A DNA stretch of 64,000 nt, taken from the NCBI GenBank assembly GCA_937930175.1, contig CALGLP010000015.1:68174-132173 (forward strand), in the 5' to 3' direction. Source of the DNA: an uncultured bacterium. GTDB lineage: Bacteria > Omnitrophota > Gorgyraeia > Zapsychrales > Aceulaceae. Below, piece after piece: positions 56,749 to 64,000 of this stretch (positions are counted from its first letter, which is position 1; the number at the start of each line of letters is the position of its first letter). A program made the position numbers and the translations under genes. The notes beneath the pieces were generated by a model. The model ran no database searches and was not told where the DNA came from. It was given only the letters and a program-made list of their open reading frames with translations.

Positions 56749-57975
56749 TCATGCTCCCAAAAGATCGCTCCAGGGATAATGATGAACATCCGAGCCGATT
56801 TTAAACTTTTCCTTGGCCCCAGAGATCAAGGCTGTGCCCTCAACCAAAGAACCTAAATCATTTCTTGCCTTAATTAATGACGCGGCATGCTTGGGAAGCA
56901 TCGTAGCTCCGCTTTTGATCTCAAAAAGATAAAGCTTTGAATTCATCTCAATGGCAAGGTCCACCTCAAACCCGTCGCGTGTTTTAAAATAATACAACGA
57001 TGGCATCTCGCCAGAATGCAAGAATCGTTTCCAGAAATCAATAATAATAAAGGTCTCGAAAAGATGCGCAAAATGCGGACTGCCCAAAAGAGCGCTAGGG
57101 TCACGTAACCCTAAAAGATAGCACGCCAAAGCCGTATCTGAAAAATAAAGCTTGGGGCTTTTAATAAGCCGCTTACCAATATTTTTGTAAAACGGCTGCA
57201 GTAAAAAGATTTGATATCCGGCCTCGAGTAAGGATAGCCATCGCTTGGCCGTAGGGACAGAAACCCCTACTTCTCGCGAAAGCTCAGAAATGTTAAGGAT
57301 CTGCCCTGTGCGGATAGCGCAAAGACGCAAGAACCTCTCAAATTGCCCCAGATCTCCAACCTGAGAAAGATTACGGATGTCTCGCTCCAGATAAGTCGAA
57401 ATATATGATCCGCACCAAAGGTTTTTATCGATAGCGGCATGCGTGGCAATTTCAGGATAACTGCCCCGCAGAATAAGATCAGCAAGATTAACTTGCGCAG
57501 ACGCGAGCTTTCTGCTTTCAAACGCTTTTCCTAACAAAGAAGAAGCATCCCGCGCTTCTTCTCCTTTGCCAATGCGCTCAGCAAACGAAAAAGGTAAAAG
57601 CGAAAGAATAGCAGCCCTGCCAGCCAGAGATTCGCTTACGCTCTGCATCAGGATAAAATTCTGTGAACCTGTCAAAACCCATTGACCAGGTTTTCGCACA
57701 TCATCAATCCTTGATTTAATATAGGACAAGAGCTCTGGAACATATTGAATTTCATCAATGATGATCGGCGGTTGATATTGATCAAGAAATCCTCTGGGGT
57801 CATCCTTGCAGCGGGAGCGGGTGTCTGGATCTTCCATGCTGACATAGCTGTGCGTATCTTTAAGCAAGTTCTTTAAGAGCGTTGTTTTGCCCGATTGACG
57901 CGGACCGGTTACAACAAGAGCCGGAAATGTCTTGAGCGCTTTGTGGATGGACAATGTGAGAGTTCGATATTTCAT
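56749..57975 (-). CDS. AAA+ ATPase with a DUF4143 C-terminal domain (COG1373-type)
   Basis: Walker A (VTGPRQSGKTTLL) and Walker B (PIIIDEIQY). C-terminal DUF4143-like region. Confidence 0.75.
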   Translation of the reverse strand: MKYRTLTLSIHKALKTFPALVVTGPRQSGKTTLLKNLLKDTHSYVSMEDPDTRSRCKDDPRGFLDQYQPPIIIDEIQYVPELLSYIKSRIDDVRKPGQWVLTGSQNFILMQSVSESLAGRAAILSLLPFSFAERIGKGEEARDASSLLGKAFESRKLASAQVNLADLILRGSYPEIATHAAIDKNLWCGSYISTYLERDIRNLSQVGDLGQFERFLRLCAIRTGQILNISELSREVGVSVPTAKRWLSLLEAGYQIFLLQPFYKNIGKRLIKSPKLYFSDTALACYLLGLRDPSALLGSPHFAHLFETFIIIDFWKRFLHSGEMPSLYYFKTRDGFEVDLAIEMNSKLYLFEIKSGATMLPKHAASLIKARNDLGSLVEGTALISGAKEKFKIGSDVHHYPWSDLLGA

Positions 57976-58035
57976 GGCTTTATCTTACCCTTCATATTGA
58001 ATATGTCAAGTTAAATCTGCAGGGCGCTCGAGATT

Positions 58036-58087
58036 GAAAAGATAACACAAAACAGCGCAGATTTAAAGTTGTACTTTAAATCTGCGC
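58036..58087 (-). terminator. Rho-independent terminator downstream of the giant gene
   Basis: Perfect 14-bp stem GCGCAGATTTAAAG-ttgta-CTTTAAATCTGCGC followed on the minus strand by TGTTTTGTGTTATCTTTT. A partial third copy of TTAAATCTGC lies at 58011. Confidence 0.7.
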
Positions 58088-58131
58088 TATAATCACCTTT
58101 TTAAAATTTTTTCTAACACCCTTGACTTGGC

Positions 58132-61100
58132 TTACCCGCTTGTCGCTGCGCCGCCTCCCTCAATCTGGCTAAGGATCGCCGCGGGATTAAACGTCGTGAC
58201 ATTAATAATAAACGGCGTAAAGCCGTCGATATTCTGAAACTCTAACGACTGCTGATTGAGCGGCAACACCATGCCGTTGCCGTCGCGCTTGATCTGCAAA
58301 GCCGAGCTTGTGGCGCCTAAGTCGATACCACCGACAGGCCGTATTGGCCGCTTTTCTGCCCGCAAACCTACAATATCTCTAAAATATCTCTCTTGAGTAG
58401 GATTAAAATCGCTTATATTAATTTCGTTGTTTTCGTCTTGAAAAAAGCTACGCTTTACCCTTGTTCCATCAATCACCTCGTCGGATTTCTTTGTTAAAAG
58501 TTCAATTAATACCTCAGCAGCAATAGTTGCAACATCATACCTAGTCCCATCTTTCTTGCCGCCTATAAAACTTTGATCAAATGAAAATTCAGCGAATCCA
58601 TCTGAACCGATTGTGACAGATCGATTGCCAGGACCAATCGCAGAGGGCAGGATGTCTGGAGACTTCTTAAATTTTTCCCAGACAACCTGTCTACTTCTAA
58701 GAACTTCTTTTACTGTCACTGTAACTCCTTTTGATAAATTATTCAAAGCTTTGAGACTGTCAGCGACATCTCCCTTTACATACCCCCAACCAGATTCCTT
58801 GGCGAGGTCTTTTAGTTTGCCCTCATTATCCGCCTTTATGTTATTAAGCGTATCGATGGTTTTGCGCAAAAGATCAGTCAGGCCTTGATAATCCACGATT
58901 TGGGCAAGAACAGGCTCTATCTTTTTCAATATCGCCTCATCATCCAACGGAGTGCCATTAATCGCCCCATTAATCCTCTCGATAAAAAACATCTGTGACT
59001 TGAGCTTCTGCTTCGCCTGATCCAGAGTCACAATCGCCGAGCCGGCAACCTTGCCTTTATCCGTCGTGCCTGTATCCCCAGGATCGAAAGTTTGCCAATC
59101 GCTGCTGATATCAGCGGTGAGCACCGAGGCGACGGCCTTTCCGGCCGCGGCGATCATCTCCTCAACTTGCCTTAAAGCCTCTTTCCATTGCTGCGTTAAT
59201 CTTTCGAATTTCTCTTTGTCTCTCGAAGAATATGCCTCGATCTCTCCAATAATGCGATCAGGGCCCTGGCCCTCGCCAAGCATCAAACGACACAATGTTT
59301 TTGCACTTGATAAGGGATACTTGTAGAAATCTGAAACTTTCAAAATAATGGTTTTCGAACCATCTTGGTCGATATCAAATCTGTCATAGACAAGGCCGTC
59401 ACTGCCGTCTTCCTCTTCTGCTTTGTTGATCCTGTCTTTAATAACTTCCGGGAGCTTATTGATAGCAGACTCTACTTCGCGGTCATATCGTTTTTCGAAA
59501 TCTCTAAAAGATTCTTTTGGGTCCGTTATTTGCATCTTAATCTCGCCATAAAAACCTTCGGCAACCGTGACTTTCGGATGCTCTGTCATGCCTTTGGTCA
59601 AGACATCGAACATTCTGACTAAATAATACGAAAAATCATACGGATGATCTTCTTGCAACACCAACACGGCCTTCCCGCCGCGGTCCTGTATCACCGCGTG
59701 ATATGTGCCATTGTCTGTCGGGATCTCGAACACCGAGGCGACGGCGCCATCAGGCTGGGTCGGCATAACAGGGGCTTCGTTGGGAGTGCCGGTGGTGGTA
59801 TCTTCCGCAGCGGGACCAGCGGCGCCATTTATCCCGTCGAATAATCCAGACAGCAACGTAGAAACATCTTTTGCTGCATCTGTTTTGTTGGCCAGATTTT
59901 CCTGTATAGAGTCTCTTGCCTGCTCGGTCTTACTAATGGCGTAGTCGAGAAAGACTAACATTTTTTCTATGCCTTCGCTGCTAAAAATGATCCTACCTTC
60001 AGCATTCATCGCTTTAACCGCCGGTAACAAGCCTTCAAGTCGCTTTTTAGCTTCCGTAAATCTCGCCAAAACACGTTTTACTCCTTCCAGCATCTCCTCG
60101 AGCCCTAGGCTATCCCTTTGTTGTTCCATTTGCCTGCCAATAGCCTGCGCTTCAGCAATAATATCGACTATCGCATCAGATTCATATCCTGCAAGAGCCT
60201 CAGCAATGTCATTCTGCCTTTCCTTTATATTCTTCTTCTTAATTTCTATGAATTCTTGATTGTCCTTTCGTGTTTGCTCGTCAACATTCGCTATGGCCTG
60301 TTGCAGACCTCCAAGCCCCTCCAGGACTTGACGCAACAAATCGATTGCTTCTGCAGCATCCTCTGAATCAAGAGCCTTGCCATACAATGCCCCTAACCGA
60401 TCACCCTCATCTTGTATTCCTTGCTGGAATTTATTCACTGCCCCCGAGCTCTGGACTCCCTGTTTACCTGCTTCGTTGGGAGCGCCGGCGATGGTGCCGG
60501 CTGTAGCAGAGCCGACGTCACCTGTAGCGTCAATTGGCAATCGATATGTTATGGTAATAGGCTTTCGTCCGACCGAGATTTTATACTGAAAATACGTAAA
60601 CGCAATTCGATCCTCTTTTTTATCAACTTTTATTTCAAACAAAGTCGTTCCGGCATCCTTAACCTTAACCTCTGTGATGTTACCATCCCTATCAATGCGA
60701 GCCGTTCCCTGCACCCTTACGTCTACTTCTAAATCTCCGTCACCAGCTATTCTATACCAATGAACAGATGAACGATGCGAAGTTTTTCTAACATTAAAAT
60801 GATCCTTATGTGCCGATAATTTCAAATTTTTCCCTTTATAATAAAAGGTTCTTTTTAATTTACGAATTACATCGAGAATCCGATCTGTTTCTTCTTCTGA
60901 TCCTATACGAGAAATCTGTTCATAAAAATTATCAAACAACGAAAAAATAGATTTATTAAATGGCGAAACGGGTTGTATATCAATTTCTGAGCTAGGAGCA
61001 TCAATAGGCTCAAAAGTGGTTAATGCATAAACCTGGCTGATAGGTGTTTCTCTTTCATCTATAAAATACGTAAGCGTAATCTGATCATTCTTTCTGTCAA

Positions 61101-62667
61101 TAGTCATTTTGAGTTCGTTTACTCCCTCATCCTTAATCGTAACCTCTTCAATGTTGCCCTCCCTATCAAGAGAAACCTCTGCGTGGCCATAATGTCCTTG
61201 CCATCGAACAGATACACTTCGAGAACTTTTTTTAACTTTAAAATCTTTCGACTCCAACCATCCTTCACTTTTATAAAAAGCTCCTTTAAATCCTTCAATC
61301 ATATTTAAAGCCCTCCACCCTACATCTCCTTGTGGGCGAATAAACCTGTCCGCAAAATTATCAAACAACGAAAAAATAGATTTATTAAATGGCGAAACGG
61401 GTTGCATATCAATTTCTGAGCTAGGAGCATCAATAGGCTCAAAAGCGGCGTCAATCAGGCCCGCATCCGTCCCAACACCTGCGCTGACGTTCAACATCTT
61501 GCCTTTTTTGTCAGATGACATAAAAAGATTGTTAAACTGCTTTTTTCCTTTGGTAAGGAGCTTGCTCATCTTCTCGCGAATAACCTTCACAATAAGATTC
61601 GAACACGCAACCCCTCCCGAGAAGTACTTGCGTGGGATGTTTTTACCAGAGACAGCATCCTTTTCAACCTTGATCATGTTAAAGACACCCTTTTTGAAAG
61701 ACTCAAGGTATTGCTGATAGATCTGCTCTTTGATGGTTTTGTCATCAACATCGACACCCTTAGTCTTGTTTTTATCCACATAGACCTGACCTAAAAGACT
61801 TTCCTTAAGGGCTTTCTTGTACCAAGTCGCAAGAATCATCGAGTTAAAGATCTGTCGCAAATTAGCAAAGAGTTTGCCACCGTTGACTTCTTTCTCTATT
61901 TCAGGAACAAGGACGTCACGGACAACGCCAGAAGAAATGGCAGCGAGCTTCTTCATTTCTTCATCTTGGATCTGGCTAACACCCAAATCCTCTCGCTTGG
62001 CATTGCTTTGAAGGGATAGATAGTCTTCTTCCAGCATCACCTTTAAATGTCTTTCTCCAACAAAGGCGATATTGCCTTCTTCATAAACAACAGCTTCATC
62101 TGGAGTAATCCATATCTTGTTAAAGGTATTGGCTGGGATCTGGGTGGTGCCATACATCTCATAAGCCTTTTTATAAACACGCTCCCAGAACTTTTTGCCT
62201 AAATCGCTATTGGGATCCACCAGAGTGGCAGTTAACTGCTTTAAAACATAATCTTGCGCTAACAGGTCACGGCCCATCTCGGTCTCTCCTAAGGAGTCAG
62301 CAATGATACGCTCTTTCTCATAAGGAGACAGGTTGACCCAAAATTGTTCTTCAGGAATGGTCAGGGAAGCGAGAAAATACTTAATAAGCTTGGTGGCTTC
62401 GGCTTCAAAGGCTTTGCCTTCAAGGCCTGTTTCCCCGGTGTCCACAATAAAATCAAAACGCAAGGGGTTATTAGGCTGGATTTGAATACCTCTTAGGAGG
62501 GCCGGATGAAACGAGGAACTTAACAGAACCATACTCCCCGGCTGGGGTAATCCCAACACCCCTTGCGCTAATGCTTGGCTTGGGATCGCGGAAACAACAA
62601 AAAATGACAACAGGGTGAATGCCGCGACGTGCTTAAAGGCATGGCTTTTTGTAAAGATGTTCCTCAT
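58132..62667 (-). CDS. Giant secreted protein (1511 aa) of unknown function with internal repeats
   Basis: AGGAGG RBS 8 nt before the ATG at 62667. Signal peptide (MRNIFTKSHAFKHVAAFTLLSFFVVSAIPSQALA). Two copies of a roughly 150-aa unit start FEPIDAPSSEID(M/I)QPVSPFNKSIFSLFDNF. Long helical, Ala/Glu/Lys-rich central region. No catalytic motif recognised. Confidence 0.7.
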   Translation of the reverse strand: MRNIFTKSHAFKHVAAFTLLSFFVVSAIPSQALAQGVLGLPQPGSMVLLSSSFHPALLRGIQIQPNNPLRFDFIVDTGETGLEGKAFEAEATKLIKYFLASLTIPEEQFWVNLSPYEKERIIADSLGETEMGRDLLAQDYVLKQLTATLVDPNSDLGKKFWERVYKKAYEMYGTTQIPANTFNKIWITPDEAVVYEEGNIAFVGERHLKVMLEEDYLSLQSNAKREDLGVSQIQDEEMKKLAAISSGVVRDVLVPEIEKEVNGGKLFANLRQIFNSMILATWYKKALKESLLGQVYVDKNKTKGVDVDDKTIKEQIYQQYLESFKKGVFNMIKVEKDAVSGKNIPRKYFSGGVACSNLIVKVIREKMSKLLTKGKKQFNNLFMSSDKKGKMLNVSAGVGTDAGLIDAAFEPIDAPSSEIDMQPVSPFNKSIFSLFDNFADRFIRPQGDVGWRALNMIEGFKGAFYKSEGWLESKDFKVKKSSRSVSVRWQGHYGHAEVSLDREGNIEEVTIKDEGVNELKMTIDRKNDQITLTYFIDERETPISQVYALTTFEPIDAPSSEIDIQPVSPFNKSIFSLFDNFYEQISRIGSEEETDRILDVIRKLKRTFYYKGKNLKLSAHKDHFNVRKTSHRSSVHWYRIAGDGDLEVDVRVQGTARIDRDGNITEVKVKDAGTTLFEIKVDKKEDRIAFTYFQYKISVGRKPITITYRLPIDATGDVGSATAGTIAGAPNEAGKQGVQSSGAVNKFQQGIQDEGDRLGALYGKALDSEDAAEAIDLLRQVLEGLGGLQQAIANVDEQTRKDNQEFIEIKKKNIKERQNDIAEALAGYESDAIVDIIAEAQAIGRQMEQQRDSLGLEEMLEGVKRVLARFTEAKKRLEGLLPAVKAMNAEGRIIFSSEGIEKMLVFLDYAISKTEQARDSIQENLANKTDAAKDVSTLLSGLFDGINGAAGPAAEDTTTGTPNEAPVMPTQPDGAVASVFEIPTDNGTYHAVIQDRGGKAVLVLQEDHPYDFSYYLVRMFDVLTKGMTEHPKVTVAEGFYGEIKMQITDPKESFRDFEKRYDREVESAINKLPEVIKDRINKAEEEDGSDGLVYDRFDIDQDGSKTIILKVSDFYKYPLSSAKTLCRLMLGEGQGPDRIIGEIEAYSSRDKEKFERLTQQWKEALRQVEEMIAAAGKAVASVLTADISSDWQTFDPGDTGTTDKGKVAGSAIVTLDQAKQKLKSQMFFIERINGAINGTPLDDEAILKKIEPVLAQIVDYQGLTDLLRKTIDTLNNIKADNEGKLKDLAKESGWGYVKGDVADSLKALNNLSKGVTVTVKEVLRSRQVVWEKFKKSPDILPSAIGPGNRSVTIGSDGFAEFSFDQSFIGGKKDGTRYDVATIAAEVLIELLTKKSDEVIDGTRVKRSFFQDENNEINISDFNPTQERYFRDIVGLRAEKRPIRPVGGIDLGATSSALQIKRDGNGMVLPLNQQSLEFQNIDGFTPFIINVTTFNPAAILSQIEGGGAATSG
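60925..61444 (-). repeat. Two 92-bp near-identical direct repeats (60925-61016 and 61353-61444) inside the giant gene
   Basis: aaaattatcaaacaacgaaaaaatagatttattaaatggcgaaacgggttg(t/c)atatcaatttctgagctaggagcatcaataggctcaaaag occurs twice, 428 bp apart, with 1-2 mismatches. Confidence 0.8.
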
Positions 62668-62876
62668 TTCGCTATCCTCCTTTTTGTTCCTTGGCCTCCC
62701 CCATCCACTATGGAGCGGGAAACGCAAGGAAAATCAAATCCATACTAAAAGTATGGCATACGAGGGGAGAATTTCAAGGGGATAGGGGGTTTTTGGGGAA
62801 AGCGCTTTCATCGACGAGAAAGTCAAAATAGATGAAAAAATAGGAAATAATTAGGCCGGGAAATGGCTAAACAACA

Positions 62877-63806
62877 CTACAGGCCCTGGGCATAGCCCAA
62901 GTCTTGAAGAAGGGAGAGATTATCCCGCCAGTTTTTCTCGACCTTGACATGCATCTCAAGAAAAATACGGCGGTCCAAAAGCGATTCGATCTCAGCGCGC
63001 GCAGCAACGCCGACTTCCTTTAAAATATGCCCTTTTTTGCCAATGACAATCTCCTTCTGAGACTCATGTTCAACAAAAATCGAGGCAAAAATATAGGTGA
63101 GCTTGTTTCTTCGGCGCTTGATCTGGTCCACATTGACCGCTAAGGCATAGGGCACTTCCTGGCGCATCAGACCCAAAAGTTTCTCACGGATAATATCCGC
63201 GATCATGATCTTTTCTGGCACATCCGAAACCACATCCTGAGGATATAAAGCTTCCCCTAAAGGAAGGCGCTCAAAGATAAGATCGATCAGCTTTGGCACA
63301 TTGGTTTCCCGAGTCGCGGACACAGGCAAGAGCACAAATTTTTTGGCATCCTGAAAGGTATCCCCGAGCTTTTCTTGATAAAAGGAAAGATATTCGGGAA
63401 CGCAGGTCCCCTTCATGTCAATTTTATTTAAAACCAAGATCAAGGGCGCCTTGAGATGGGAAACTTTTTCAATGATCATCTGCTCTTCTTCGCCTAAGGT
63501 CTTGTTGGCATCAACGACATGAATGACGCAATCGGCCTCGTCAATAGTACCAAAGGAAGATTGCTTCATCATTTCATCGAGCTTGTCCTTGCCGCGCACC
63601 AAACCTGGCGTATCAATAAAGACGATCTGGCCACGCGGTTCGCTGTAAATCCCGCGGATCTGACTGCGTGTGGTTTGAGGAATATTGGACACAATCGCCA
63701 CCTTTTCCCCAACCATGGCATTAAGAAGAGTGGACTTGCCAACATTGGGCCGGCCCACAATCGACACGCATCCGCTGCGGAAATCTTTATTTTCCTTTTT
63801 CTTCAT
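62877..63806 (-). CDS. era: GTPase Era
   Basis: G1 (GRPNVGKST), G3 (DTPG), G4 (NKID) and the C-terminal KH domain. Confidence 0.95.
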   Translation of the reverse strand: MKKKENKDFRSGCVSIVGRPNVGKSTLLNAMVGEKVAIVSNIPQTTRSQIRGIYSEPRGQIVFIDTPGLVRGKDKLDEMMKQSSFGTIDEADCVIHVVDANKTLGEEEQMIIEKVSHLKAPLILVLNKIDMKGTCVPEYLSFYQEKLGDTFQDAKKFVLLPVSATRETNVPKLIDLIFERLPLGEALYPQDVVSDVPEKIMIADIIREKLLGLMRQEVPYALAVNVDQIKRRRNKLTYIFASIFVEHESQKEIVIGKKGHILKEVGVAARAEIESLLDRRIFLEMHVKVEKNWRDNLSLLQDLGYAQGL

Positions 63807-63999
63807 GCGACCCCCGATGATAAATGAGCGTAAACACCGCCACCGCGGAGAAAAGAATAAGATTCATGATATTAAAAACTCTCCACACAAGATCTTTGGA
63901 TGTAAATCCCGACGGCGCCATGATAAGAAGGCACACCCATACCCCCAAAGCCCACCAAAGGCTGATATCTTTGGAAGATTTTCTTTGGACCATGCGCAC
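63787..63999 (-). CDS. Small membrane protein, possibly N-terminally truncated by the window edge. Overlaps the era start by 20 nt
   Basis: Two hydrophobic helices (LWWALGVWVCLLIMAP, IMNLILFSAVAVFTLIY). The first ATG is at 63997-63999, 1 nt from the window end, so the real start may be outside. Confidence 0.3.
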   Translation of the reverse strand: MRMVQRKSSKDISLWWALGVWVCLLIMAPSGFTSKDLVWRVFNIMNLILFSAVAVFTLIYHRGSHEEKGK

Positions 64000-64000
64000 A

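Noticed and set aside
56008-57975. YjeF_N (NAD(P)HX epimerase) plus AAA/DUF4143 ATPase as an NAD-linked defence pair
   Set aside because: Both are common housekeeping or orphan families. There is no effector such as TIR, SIR2 or a nuclease, and no evidence of co-transcription. A 21-nt gap is the only link.

Overview
This 64-kb window is a gene-dense chromosomal region (about 43% GC) from a diderm (Gram-negative-type) bacterium, with roughly 90% of the genes on the minus strand. No rRNA, tRNA, CRISPR array, transposase or integrase was found. Housekeeping content includes a bamD–lptE–holA cluster with overlapping start/stop codons, leuS, mnmG, mnmE, folC, purH, thiE, speD, rpsU, nth, era and comEA–comEC. 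The accessory content is more unusual. (1) A LacI-regulated β-glucan/oligosaccharide utilization locus spans about 28.6–44.3 kb: three ABC importer genes, a clan GH-A hydrolase with an unrecognised N-terminal module, a secreted protein made of three tandem copies of that module, a GH94-type phosphorylase and a large β-barrel-like outer-membrane protein. (2) Two giant secreted proteins: a 1443-aa subtilase with a seven-blade FG-GAP propeller, and a 1511-aa orphan with near-identical intragenic repeats. (3) A fusion of a periplasmic FMN-binding domain and a NapH/NosR-type CX3CP membrane domain to a PflA-like (AmmeMemoRadiSam-type) radical-SAM domain. (4) An operon of an ATP-grasp ligase, a KamA-family aminomutase and a PII-like protein lacking the T-loop. 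(5) A BLUF photoreceptor, tandem PilZ proteins and a hemerythrin. (6) Non-coding signals: a roughly 195-nt nested-hairpin RNA candidate whose G·U wobbles fit only the plus strand, lying in a 575-bp ORF-free gap. A conserved roughly 30-nt motif followed by a GC hairpin occurs in two distant intergenic regions. A 230-bp quasi-palindromic intergenic element is built from GTAGA repeats. Twin GC-rich palindromes sit in the divergent promoter region of the sugar locus. All protein annotations come from reading motifs in the translated ORFs without database searches. Several start codons were re-chosen from the ORF track, which treats TTG/GTG as M.
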